Below are positions 27,425-35,553 of a stretch of DNA of 64,000 nt, one piece after another. The position numbers and the translations under genes were made by a program. Origin of the DNA: a virus; the IMG/VR virus record IMGVR_UViG_3300005466_000025, positions 1 to 64,000 of that record; one strand, 5' to 3'. Under the pieces are notes generated by a model. That model ran no database searches. It was not told the DNA's origin and saw nothing but the letters and a program-made list of their open reading frames with translations. Numbering within the stretch: position 1 is the first letter of the stretch; each line of letters opens with the position of its first letter.

Positions 27425-27958
27425 CTAAAAAGGCACGTTGAACTTCGTCAAAATTGAGCCTAGCTTTACGGGGTGATAGTTTGTGACCTCAATTGAGACA
27501 TTCTCATAGATTCCGTCTGGATTTACACTGGGGGAGAATTTTGAGTTCAGCGGATTGTTATGAATGTGCCCATGGATGTTAATGTCCCAATACTCAGTTG
27601 TTGGATGGTCCGGATAATGTGAAAAGTAAAACTTCACTCCGGAAAATTCCTGAATGAAGGGATCAATAATTTCAAAGATTCCCTTGTACACCTTCATAGA
27701 ACTTGAGTGATCATGGTTTCCCTTAATGAGAAGTTTTCGCCCTGGAAGATATTTAATTTCCTCAGCCCAACTATAAATCTCCCTTTTGTTTCCAAAGGCA
27801 ACATCACCCAGATGCAGAATAAGGTCGCCACCCTGAACGGACTCCCTCCAATTCCTTAAAATAACATCCTCATGATTAAACGGCCGATTACAAAAACGAA
27901 TTATATTTTTATGGCCGAAATGGGTGTCACTAATTATCCATGTATTTTCATCTATCAT
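27425..27958 (-). CDS. calcineurin-like metallophosphoesterase
   Basis: SDTHFGH, LGD, GNHD, SHYP, HGHIH. Confidence 0.9.
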   Translation of the reverse strand: MIDENTWIISDTHFGHKNIIRFCNRPFNHEDVILRNWRESVQGGDLILHLGDVAFGNKREIYSWAEEIKYLPGRKLLIKGNHDHSSSMKVYKGIFEIIDPFIQEFSGVKFYFSHYPDHPTTEYWDINIHGHIHNNPLNSKFSPSVNPDGIYENVSIEVTNYHPVKLGSILTKFNVPF

Positions 27959-28152
27959 TTCTTTGGTATATCCAATGTGATTTTATCTGGCTTTCCAACA
28001 CTAAGCCATGTTTGATTGTCAAGGATCACCTGAGGTTCCCCTTTGCGCCAATCACCAAATCTCTGTACGGCGCTACCGGGCTTTGACTTTTGGCGGTCCA
28101 AGCGCATATGGATTTTCCTCTCCGTTTTCCAACTTAACCTTGACCCACTCAT
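27955..28152 (-). CDS. hypothetical protein
   Basis: 65-aa ORF with ATGA coupling. Confidence 0.55.
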   Translation of the reverse strand: MSGSRLSWKTERKIHMRLDRQKSKPGSAVQRFGDWRKGEPQVILDNQTWLSVGKPDKITLDIPKK

Positions 28153-28573
28153 TCACATCAACAGGAATGCTTGGCTCCCTTGCTTGTTGATTGATGTAGG
28201 GAATATCCCTTTCCTCAAGGGGAACAGGATCATCGGTAAGGGCAGCCACATGAAAGATATAGCGGTAATTATCCTTCTCGTCCCTTCTATAGAAAATAAT
28301 GTGTCGTTCCTTTAGAACAACAACATCGTCCTCCCTTAGAATTGATTCCCCCTCATCCTTCTTCCAGGGTAATTTTCCTGGTTTGTCAAATCCATGAATG
28401 AGGGCATCAAGAAGTCCCTTGGCTGTCAATCTGCTATGATTGGCCTCAAACTCATCTCTCTGTCTGCGCTCAACTTCCCTTGCTAGTTGATGAAGCTGAT
28501 CCGACATTTCCTTAAAGCCCATTTCCCAAAGCTCATCAGCCTTGGCTCTGATTTCAAGTGCGTTGTCCTTCAT
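28073..28573 (-). CDS. hypothetical protein (leaderless start MKDNAL)
   Basis: TGGTACAAT 6 nt upstream of ATG 28573. Confidence 0.65.
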   Translation of the reverse strand: MKDNALEIRAKADELWEMGFKEMSDQLHQLAREVERRQRDEFEANHSRLTAKGLLDALIHGFDKPGKLPWKKDEGESILREDDVVVLKERHIIFYRRDEKDNYRYIFHVAALTDDPVPLEERDIPYINQQAREPSIPVDVNEWVKVKLENGEENPYALGPPKVKAR

Positions 28574-28579
28574 GGGCAC

Positions 28580-28633
28580 ATTGTACCATATACGGTGGCT
28601 CATCATCGTTTCCTTACAATCTCCTGCTATACT
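28580..28633. promoter_or_regulatory. divergent pair of extended -10 leaderless promoters
   Basis: TGGTACAAT (-, 28588-28580) and TGCTATACT (+, 28625-28633), each 6 nt from an ATG. Confidence 0.7.
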
Positions 28634-28639
28634 ACCCGC

Positions 28640-28846
28640 ATGGAAAAACCGGCCGTGGTGATAATCAAGGACGACCGAGGAAAGGTTGTCTACATGCAAT
28701 ATATTGACATGAGGGACATTGAATCCTACAAGGAGATTTTGTGGCGCATGATTGATGATTCCATACAAATTGAAACCCCTGAAGGGGAGACATATTACAC
28801 CATGCCGGAATATGTCCAGAATCTTTTGAGGAAGGGAAAGAAATGA
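28640..28846 (+). CDS. hypothetical protein (leaderless start MEKPAV)
   Basis: promoter-adjacent ATG; ATGA coupling to the next gene. Confidence 0.65.
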   Translation: MEKPAVVIIKDDRGKVVYMQYIDMRDIESYKEILWRMIDDSIQIETPEGETYYTMPEYVQNLLRKGKK

Positions 28847-29133
28847 CAGACGATGCAGTATTCGCAAACGCACGGCGTTGCCCTCCCGGATCGACACACC
28901 GGATTCTGATTGATGAAATCGACCAGCTACGGGCAGCCCTGGAACGAATCCGCGACGCGACCAAGGGATACCCGATCTTCATCGGCTTCTGGGAGATAGC
29001 GAACGCCGCCCTCGCTGGCGTGCAGGCCAAGGACGAAGGCGAAGGATGCGAGTACCACCACCCGATCCGCGTGAAGGGGTGTCGCTACTGCGACGAGGGC
29101 GTGCAGACCAAGGAACATGATGATGTTCGCTGA
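28843..29133 (+). CDS. hypothetical protein, GC-rich, Cys/His motif
   Basis: 96 aa; CEYHH...CRYC. Confidence 0.6.
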   Translation: MTDDAVFANARRCPPGSTHRILIDEIDQLRAALERIRDATKGYPIFIGFWEIANAALAGVQAKDEGEGCEYHHPIRVKGCRYCDEGVQTKEHDDVR

Positions 29134-29365
29134 ATCCTACAGAAAGGCATTTAATGATTGGTGGTTTTATCACTACATGAAAAATCTATGGGGATTTACC
29201 CAAAAGGAGATGGAGGAAATTAGTGACTATAAGCCCGGAAGCCCATTTGTGGAGGGGGCCAAAACACGGGCCTTTAATCAGGTTCCCTTCGTTGACCAAA
29301 ACGATGTGAGTGGTACATATAATTTTGGTGATCCCGGAGATGAGGATGATGGCAAAAAGAAATAA
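29117..29365 (+). CDS. hypothetical protein
   Basis: overlapping small-gene array. Confidence 0.6.
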   Translation: MMMFAESYRKAFNDWWFYHYMKNLWGFTQKEMEEISDYKPGSPFVEGAKTRAFNQVPFVDQNDVSGTYNFGDPGDEDDGKKK

Positions 29366-29567
29366 CAAGGCCACCCTCATTCTTATCAATATGGTCACAA
29401 ACAAGATCATTGGATACTATGCCCTAACTGAGGCCGATCTTATTGAATTGGATGGGGCCAAATATTTATCAGCCAACCCCCAATACACCAAAAAGGATTT
29501 AGGGGTTTCCCTGGACAAGTGGGGGATTAATATACCCGATGTTAATGAGGTTCCCGAATGGCTTTGA
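29346..29567 (+). CDS. hypothetical protein
   Basis: small-gene array; SD. Confidence 0.6.
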   Translation: MMAKRNNKATLILINMVTNKIIGYYALTEADLIELDGAKYLSANPQYTKKDLGVSLDKWGINIPDVNEVPEWL

Positions 29568-29842
29568 TCAAGGAATGGTATGTTGGATATAGGAATGAGA
29601 AGGGGGAGGTTAGAATTTCCCCTTTGGCGGTTCGTGGGGATGAGAAGACGGCAAGGGAACACTTTGAATACCTTTGTACCGATTGGCGGGACTATATGGA
29701 GGAGGAGGCAGCCAAGGAGGATTTGAATAAAACCAACTGGTCAACTATGACCCTGGCTGAAAAGAAGAAGGAAAGAATCCTCCTTCTATCAAGGGAGGTA
29801 TCCCCATATACAATTGAGGAGGAGGCACCGGATTGGGAGTAG
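29558..29842 (+). CDS. hypothetical protein
   Basis: 94-aa ORF; GAGG SD. Confidence 0.65.
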   Translation: MALIKEWYVGYRNEKGEVRISPLAVRGDEKTAREHFEYLCTDWRDYMEEEAAKEDLNKTNWSTMTLAEKKKERILLLSREVSPYTIEEEAPDWE

Positions 29843-29984
29843 ACAAAAAGAAGATTTGGATTCCCACAACCAAAACAATGGTCACGGTCAAGAACGATGG
29901 GATTGTTCACATCTGGGATGAGATTGAAATGAATTTGGTGCCAATCAAAAAGGCAATTACCGGATTTGGAGATAAGGAGGTATC

Positions 29985-30197
29985 ATGATAAATTCAGAAG
30001 GGGACAAGGCATATATTAGGATTCCACCCTGTGATTTGGAAAGTGTTGAGGATAATAGATCAAAGGGCAATTTCTATATAAACAAAGGGGACTTGATTGC
30101 CTGGATTAGGGGTGCCGCCCTAAAGACAACTGATCCAGGCGCAAGTATGGGTTTTGAACTTTTGGCCGATGAGATAGAGAAACTGAGAAAACAGTGA
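29985..30197 (+). CDS. hypothetical protein
   Basis: AAGGAGG SD. Confidence 0.65.
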   Translation: MINSEGDKAYIRIPPCDLESVEDNRSKGNFYINKGDLIAWIRGAALKTTDPGASMGFELLADEIEKLRKQ

Positions 30198-30356
30198 AGA
30201 CCGTTGTGGAACATAAACTTGTTTCCGAAAAAATGAATGTGACAGGATATGCTGGTCTAGGTCTTTGCATTAGATGTAGGGATGTTCCCCATCCAAGGGG
30301 ATTATGTATAACTTCGGGCAAATGCTGGTTCTGTGAATTTGATAGGGGGTATCTGT

Positions 30357-30590
30357 ATGCCTGATTATGTATGTGAGGTACAATCCAAATCATATAACGG
30401 GAAACCAAATAGAAACTGGAATTGTGTTGTTGAGGCGGATACACACCAACAGGCCGCCGAAAGGGTAATCCTAAGTCACTTTGAAAAAGGGGCAAAGGTA
30501 ACAGTAAGGGAAATCAAACCTGAGAGAGGCAAGGGATACTGGATTGAAAAGAGGGCGGTTGTAACAACGGAGGTTGTACTTGTTGACTGA
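30357..30590 (+). CDS. hypothetical protein
   Basis: small-gene array. Confidence 0.6.
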   Translation: MPDYVCEVQSKSYNGKPNRNWNCVVEADTHQQAAERVILSHFEKGAKVTVREIKPERGKGYWIEKRAVVTTEVVLVD

Positions 30591-30798
30591 CTTTGATATC
30601 AAGTCCCAGTTGGGTTATCACTATGTCCTAGCCAATCTACAGGACAAACGAATTCTGGGCCGATATAAAATAGCAACCCTAGGGGATGCCCATAAGGATA
30701 GGGAGGAATACCTAAAGAGGTATCCCATGTATCATCCATCAAAAATTGTTATATGGGCGGATACCTGGGGATGGGTTGAGGCGGGTTTTGAGAGGTGA
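30574..30798 (+). CDS. hypothetical protein
   Basis: GGAGG SD; small-gene array. Confidence 0.55.
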   Translation: MYLLTDFDIKSQLGYHYVLANLQDKRILGRYKIATLGDAHKDREEYLKRYPMYHPSKIVIWADTWGWVEAGFER

Positions 30799-31010
30799 GT
30801 GAGATGGGGGACTTTAGATTTGTAAGGGCCAATGAATGTGGTCACCACCCTGTTTTCCCATTTGGGGCCAAGAATACATTTTGTTTGGAACAATACTACG
30901 GGGAAGATGAATACGGGGAGTTATGGGTAAGTGTCGGGTACATGCCTCAGGATAGGGTTGTGAGGTTAATCCAATCCTATTGGAGGCTATTAAAAATAAA
31001 TACTCGATGA
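30795..31010 (+). CDS. hypothetical protein
   Basis: GTGA coupling. Confidence 0.55.
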   Translation: MSEMGDFRFVRANECGHHPVFPFGAKNTFCLEQYYGEDEYGELWVSVGYMPQDRVVRLIQSYWRLLKINTR

Positions 31011-32293
31011 GTACCTGATGATCCCAACACCACTGTTGCCGGCTTTGAAAACAGTAATTGGCCGGGGGGATTAAATCCGACATTTGTCGGTCGTTAGCGT
31101 TGTCCGGAGTGAATACTGGATTGCAATTGCCGGCCCGAATTTGCCGGTCTATTTCCCACCGAGCCCTGTATTCAAGGTGGAATACTACAATGCAACGAGC
31201 TCTTGGGATTTCCCACACATTCCATTCTGATATTGGTAGTGGAATTCCCCGATGGCCCGACTGCAAGTGTTGTCCGGTACGGGCAACAACGTGGGATGCC
31301 TGTATCCATGCCGATGTTACGTTCTGGACAACGTATCTGCAAGCCTAGCCATAGCATGCTGGAACCCCTATATACCCCTAGATACAACCCTCTACCTCGA
31401 ATCCCGCATGGATACAGGGATTGCGGGCAAACCCTCGAATAGGCTTGACTAGGGTACTTGCAAGTCATTACGCTACAGGAAGCACCGCCGCACGCGGCGA
31501 GTTGCTCCCCTGGTAGCGGTCGGCGTCGGGGGTGAGGGGTTCCGGGGCACATATCCCTCGGAATACCCGCCGAATTGCCCCCTCGGAATTCGGTCCCGGA
31601 ATTGCCTAGGCAATCGCATAAGGGGACGAAATGCCGGGTTGTTTTCCGCCCTGCATATGCCAACCAGACTTGCGTATCGACCGGGCAATTCCAGGGAGTC
31701 GATCCCCGAAACAAAGCCAATGATACGGGTTAATCCCTGCGGCCTAATCCGGGGTCAATTGTTCCACGCTAGGAAATGGACGGGGCGAACCCCTTATGCG
31801 AATTAGGTCAACCATTCTCTAACGATTCGTCGATTGAATGAGTCGCTACCTCGGAATTCCACAGTGAACGGCCCAGAAATGCAGGCCATCAATTCCAGCC
31901 GGCAATTCTCATCCCTCACAACTGAATTCCCGATTCCTAGCTAGCCCATTACTACTGTATTCCACGTTGTCAACGCTCAGAACCGCCTAAATCAGCGGTG
32001 GAACGCAGAACGGCCCATTTACTAGCGTATTCGAAGTTGAATACGGCCGACACTTGGGTAAAGATTCGCATATGGTGCGTACCGTTACTGCGGTTATCCG
32101 GGACGAAATAGGAAAGGCTGGCGTGAATGGACGTGGAAAACGGGCCGCTTAAATAGGGTTCGGTACGGTAGGGGCAAGGCTACCCTTTACCCTCTGAAAT
32201 TGGGTACGGGGGGTCACTTATGCGGGGTTTTCCTAGTCCTGTTTTCTCCCTGGGCAATTGACGGTGATTAATCGTGAGCCTAGGGAGTCAATT

Positions 32294-32659
32294 GGATAAT
32301 CCCTCAATAATGCGTCGGGTGAATTAAACGCTGTTTACCCGAAAGGAAATACAATGTCTGATCTGAATACAGAGACTCCGTTTTACTTTCCTACTCGTGA
32401 GCTTATGAACATTGAGACGCTTATTTCGGCGCGAATTGCCGAGTGTAAGCAGGCCGCGATTAAGCAGCCACATAACGCTCACATTCATCTCGAAAGTGTG
32501 CCTAGCTATGAGATAATGGCACAGAGAATTCGGGATGAGATTTCCCGTCGGTTTGAGGGAATCCGGGCGCATAACAATGGCGCTCTTTTCACGGTTAATT
32601 CCGACCGCTAGGTACTAATCAGACTGAAATGCATCCGGCGCATTATCGAGGGATTGTCC
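32294..32659 (+). repeat. gene-enclosing inverted repeat B (32294-32321 / 32632-32659), nested in A
   Basis: 28 bp; 3 G-U, 1 A-C. Confidence 0.9.
32354..32611 (+). CDS. hypothetical early protein
   Basis: CCGAAAGGA RBS motif. Confidence 0.75.
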   Translation: MSDLNTETPFYFPTRELMNIETLISARIAECKQAAIKQPHNAHIHLESVPSYEIMAQRIRDEISRRFEGIRAHNNGALFTVNSDR

Positions 32660-32684
32660 TAAAACCGAAAGGAAATCCCAGAAA

Positions 32685-32936
32685 ATGGCAAAGCTTTCCG
32701 CACGTAACAGAACGGAAATTGCACGGTTTAAGACGACGTTCAATTACGTTCGCTCATTGGACGGGGAAACGGTTACCGTCACAGAAAAGCGGGCGCTAAT
32801 GTCCGACGGCGTTGTCCTTTCTAATTCCGGCTACGGATGGAAAAAGAGAGGAAAATTGCGGTCGGGCGTTACCTCTGAGAAATGGATCAAGAACATGGAA
32901 TTGTCTCCCATGAATTGGGAGAGAATTTCCCGCTAG
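32685..32936 (+). CDS. hypothetical basic early protein
   Basis: CCGAAAGGA RBS motif. Confidence 0.75.
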   Translation: MAKLSARNRTEIARFKTTFNYVRSLDGETVTVTEKRALMSDGVVLSNSGYGWKKRGKLRSGVTSEKWIKNMELSPMNWERISR

Positions 32937-32975
32937 AACGGAATAACCCCGCATAATTGACCCTCCGTATTCATC

Positions 32976-33515
32976 ATGGTAAACGGGGTTTCATAATGCC
33001 GCTGATTGGCAATTTCTCAACCGAAAGGTGCGAAATGCCTAAGGCTGCTAATCTCAAAGGAATTCTCATTCGGATACCGCCGAATATGGCGAAAGCCGGA
33101 TGGGATATCGACGTCGATGTTTTGCGTGACTTTTGCAAGGCATTTGGCATAACGTGGGACATTTCTATCCGGTGGACTTCCGGACAATATACGCGCGGTT
33201 CGGCGGGAGTCCGGAGGGATTCCAACGGAAAAGAAACGCACCACATTACCATGTCGCAAATCAAGTCACAAGAGAGTGCGACGATCACAATTCTCCACGA
33301 ATTGTGTCACTGCATTCAACGGGAAAAGATCGGTTCCCACAAGGAATTCATGAACGAATATCGGCGCTATAGTTCCACGAACTATTCCGGCCGGTACGTT
33401 GCAAATCCGTTCGAAATTGAGGCGCGTGATTTCGCGGACGATAACGCTGCACAGTGGGGAGGAATCCTCTATTAGAGATTGCAAATCGGCGGCATTATGA
33501 AGCCTCGTTTACCAT
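32976..33515 (+). repeat. gene-enclosing inverted repeat C (32976-33017 / 33474-33515)
   Basis: 42 bp; 4 G-U, 1 mismatch. Confidence 0.95.
33035..33475 (+). CDS. zincin-like metallopeptidase domain protein
   Basis: TILHELCHC.Q...Y..NPFEIEAR; CCGAAAGG RBS. Confidence 0.75.
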   Translation: MPKAANLKGILIRIPPNMAKAGWDIDVDVLRDFCKAFGITWDISIRWTSGQYTRGSAGVRRDSNGKETHHITMSQIKSQESATITILHELCHCIQREKIGSHKEFMNEYRRYSSTNYSGRYVANPFEIEARDFADDNAAQWGGILY

Positions 33516-33521
33516 TTGGGA

Positions 33522-33742
33522 TAGGGATTGGGCATTCTACTAATGCCCCGGTATTACCGAAAGGAAAACAACATGATCCGTTTCGCATTGCTTTCCGTAG
33601 TTCTGTGCTTTGTGATGGCGTTTTTTGCAGCCGGCATTTTCGTGCAATATCTCCATACGATGGGGTTTTGAACGTGAAAAGACGATAGACAATTCCCGCT
33701 AGATAAACCTTACCGGGGCATTATTAGAGTGTCCAATCCCTA
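33522..33742 (+). repeat. gene-enclosing inverted repeat D (33522-33553 / 33711-33742)
   Basis: 32 bp; 2 G-U, 1 mismatch. Confidence 0.95.
33573..33671 (+). CDS. 32-aa single-TM micropeptide
   Basis: CCGAAAGGA RBS; MIRFALLSVVLCFVMAFFAAGIFVQYLHTMGF. Confidence 0.65.
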   Translation: MIRFALLSVVLCFVMAFFAAGIFVQYLHTMGF

Positions 33743-33750
33743 GCCTGAAT

Positions 33751-34137
33751 TTCAAGGGCTCTATTGAGGCGGGAAGGCTAATTCAAACCGAAAGGTGAGA
33801 AAAATGCCACGTTTCAATTTCGGATCGGAACGGGAAATTTGCGAGCAAATGGCTGCCGAATGTGAGGCAGCCTGGATCATTAGTGAATATCTATTCACTA
33901 GTGATATCCACGATCAAATTCTGGGCGACAATTGGCGCGAGAGAATCGAAAATCTCGCGTTTGACGTTCGTAATTTCGGGTCGCGTGTTCGTGCTGATAA
34001 TGGCGGGCTACTGTACGATTTCTCATGATTAAGCGTTTGGTAATTCACTGGCGCGAAATCACAAAGGAATACGGATTCGGTACACTCCGAGTCTGGTAAT
34101 AAACAGCCGGCTTTCCCGCTTCAATAGAGTCCTTGAA
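33751..34137 (+). repeat. gene-enclosing inverted repeat E (33751-33779 / 34109-34137)
   Basis: 29 bp; 4 G-U, no mismatch. Confidence 0.95.
33804..34028 (+). CDS. hypothetical early protein
   Basis: CCGAAAGG RBS. Confidence 0.7.
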   Translation: MPRFNFGSEREICEQMAAECEAAWIISEYLFTSDIHDQILGDNWRERIENLAFDVRNFGSRVRADNGGLLYDFS

Positions 34138-34184
34138 AGGAATTAAGGGTAGAATTGAATGGGCGGTTTTCTGAAAGGAAAACA

Positions 34185-34451
34185 ATGCCGAATCCGAAGG
34201 TAATTGATATCGAACATCTTTTGCGGACGGGAAATCTTCTGTATAAGACGTTCGTGACTTACTCCGAATTTATCGTCACCGGAGCCGAATGGTATCGGGA
34301 AAGTGATGAGAGATTGGGCCAGGCTTATTACAACGTACTTTCCGTAATCCGGCCTGATATCGCAAAGGAAGTCTGCGGCGCAAATTGTGATCCGTTTTAC
34401 GACAACAATTTGCTTCCCGATTTCTTTGCGGCGGTCTACAAGCGATGGTAA
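34185..34451 (+). CDS. hypothetical phage protein
   Basis: GAAAGGA RBS; RLGQA..N.L...RPD...DPFY pattern. Confidence 0.75.
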   Translation: MPNPKVIDIEHLLRTGNLLYKTFVTYSEFIVTGAEWYRESDERLGQAYYNVLSVIRPDIAKEVCGANCDPFYDNNLLPDFFAAVYKRW

Positions 34452-34534
34452 TTCTGACGGCATTTGGAATCATAATTGCCGTCACGCTTTGCGTAGTGAT
34501 TCTGCTCGAAATTTGGGCTAAGTACGCCAAATAA
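34445..34534 (+). CDS. 29-aa single-TM micropeptide
   Basis: overlaps upstream stop; MVILTAFGIIIAVTLCVVILLEIWAKYAK. Confidence 0.5.
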   Translation: MVILTAFGIIIAVTLCVVILLEIWAKYAK

Positions 34535-34574
34535 GAGCCAAAATTCCGCCCATTCAATTCTACTCTTGATTCAT

Positions 34575-34986
34575 CCCCTAGAGGGTAATTGCGTTGAAAT
34601 GCCCGTTAGCCTTTCCGAAAGGAAAGTCATGACTAAAGGTGAATGCATCCTCTCAGATTTCGGTTTCTATCGTGTCTGGAACGAGGATATGCAGAGTGAA
34701 AAACACGATGGTAGTTTGTATACCATTCGTGTCCATCGTGCGGAAATCAACGGGAATGTCTACCGTATCCTTTGTGAAAGCTATTACGGTTCCACGAAGG
34801 TATATCGGAACGGCACTTATCTCGGGGATTACGAATTCTGTTACGAGGATTTGCCGAAATTGTTCGCATCGTAATGCGTACCGCATTGTTGTGGTGCGTA
34901 GTGTTCTGGCTGATAATTCTGGACCTAATTCTTAGGTACGGATAACACCGGCAAAACGGGCATTTCTACGGAATTACCAATAGGGG
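34575..34986 (+). repeat. gene-enclosing inverted repeat G (34575-34611 / 34950-34986)
   Basis: CCCCTA..GGTAATTGCGTTGAAATGCCCGTT..GCC vs GGC..AACGGGCATTTCTACGGAATTACC..TAGGGG. Confidence 0.85.
34629..34874 (+). CDS. hypothetical early protein
   Basis: CCGAAAGGA RBS. Confidence 0.7.
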   Translation: MTKGECILSDFGFYRVWNEDMQSEKHDGSLYTIRVHRAEINGNVYRILCESYYGSTKVYRNGTYLGDYEFCYEDLPKLFAS

Positions 34987-35011
34987 TAATTCTGAGGGAA
35001 AGGAAGGGAAA

Positions 35012-35197
35012 ATGGAGTACGGAATTCCCATCAAGACAGCCGAACAGCGCGCAAAAGTCCGGCGTAAAAAGGCTGTCCACAATTCTTCCACGAAGCACGA
35101 AGTTCGGAAGAATCGTTTCCGTAATTCATTCACCCCCATTACTAACGGAATGGACGAGGATATTCCGACTAGTGGTGAGGGTTGGACGCTTAAGTAA
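35012..35197 (+). CDS. small basic protein
   Basis: AAGGAAGGG SD; 61 aa. Confidence 0.6.
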   Translation: MEYGIPIKTAEQRAKVRRKKAVHNSSTKHEVRKNRFRNSFTPITNGMDEDIPTSGEGWTLK

Positions 35198-35553
35198 AGC
35201 GGCCTTTTTTCCTGCTATTTCTAAGCAAATTAGGGATAGCAGGGATGAATGCCGAACGGTATTCAATTCGGATAACAACCCCTACATTGTTTCCGAATAG
35301 GCGTTACCGTAGGGAGAATGAGAGGGAAATGCCTAAGGATATTCCTAGCGGAATTACCCGAATCGGAGGTAAATCTACCGAATTGGGTAGGAGTAATTTC
35401 CTCCAAAAGGCTGCTGAAATCCGAGCTAGGATTTTGGCAAATCAGCCGGAATACAAAGACATAACTAGCGACATAATGTCTGGTGAGTATTCCGGCACGC
35501 TATCCAAACCGGCTGCGGGTTTCGCAGCAAAAAGAAAGAGGAAAGGGAACAAA

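Larger units (their letters stand above)
32205..32969 (+). repeat. gene-enclosing inverted repeat A (32205-32233 / 32940-32969)
   Basis: TACGGGGGGTCACTTATGCGGGGTTTTCC vs GGAATAACCCCGCATAATTGACCCTCCGTA. Confidence 0.9.
34145..34567 (+). repeat. gene-enclosing inverted repeat F (34145-34166 / 34546-34567)
   Basis: 22 bp; 1 G-U. Confidence 0.9.
32135..35212 (+). repeat. outer long-range inverted repeat (32135-32150 / 35197-35212)
   Basis: GGAAAACGGGCCGCTT pairs with AAGCGGCCTTTTTTCC (1 mismatch, 1 G-U). Confidence 0.55.

Noticed and set aside
28574-28897. N-terminal extensions of ORFs 28073..28897 and 28487..28846
   Set aside because: They cross the divergent promoter pair; the likely starts are 28573(-) and 28640(+).
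31058-31720. ORFs of 66-182 aa in the 31-kb block
   Set aside because: No SD or leaderless promoter, mutually overlapping on both strands, atypical composition.
32957-33688. ORF-track extensions 32957.., 32974..33288(-) and 33479..33688(+) sharing 'GIMKPRLP'
   Set aside because: Artefacts of translating the two arms of inverted repeat C; the RBS-supported starts are 33035 and 33573.
32205-34986. Inverted repeats read as MITE/IS ends, invertible DNA or integron attC cassettes
   Set aside because: Each pair has a different sequence. No transposase, recombinase, target-site duplication or attC core sites were seen, all ORFs face the same way, and mismatches are strongly G-U biased on one strand.
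32090-35550. Group I/II intron or known ribozyme carrying ORFs
   Set aside because: No recognisable group I P7 (R/S) elements or group II domain V, and no interrupted gene; a Rfam search is still needed.
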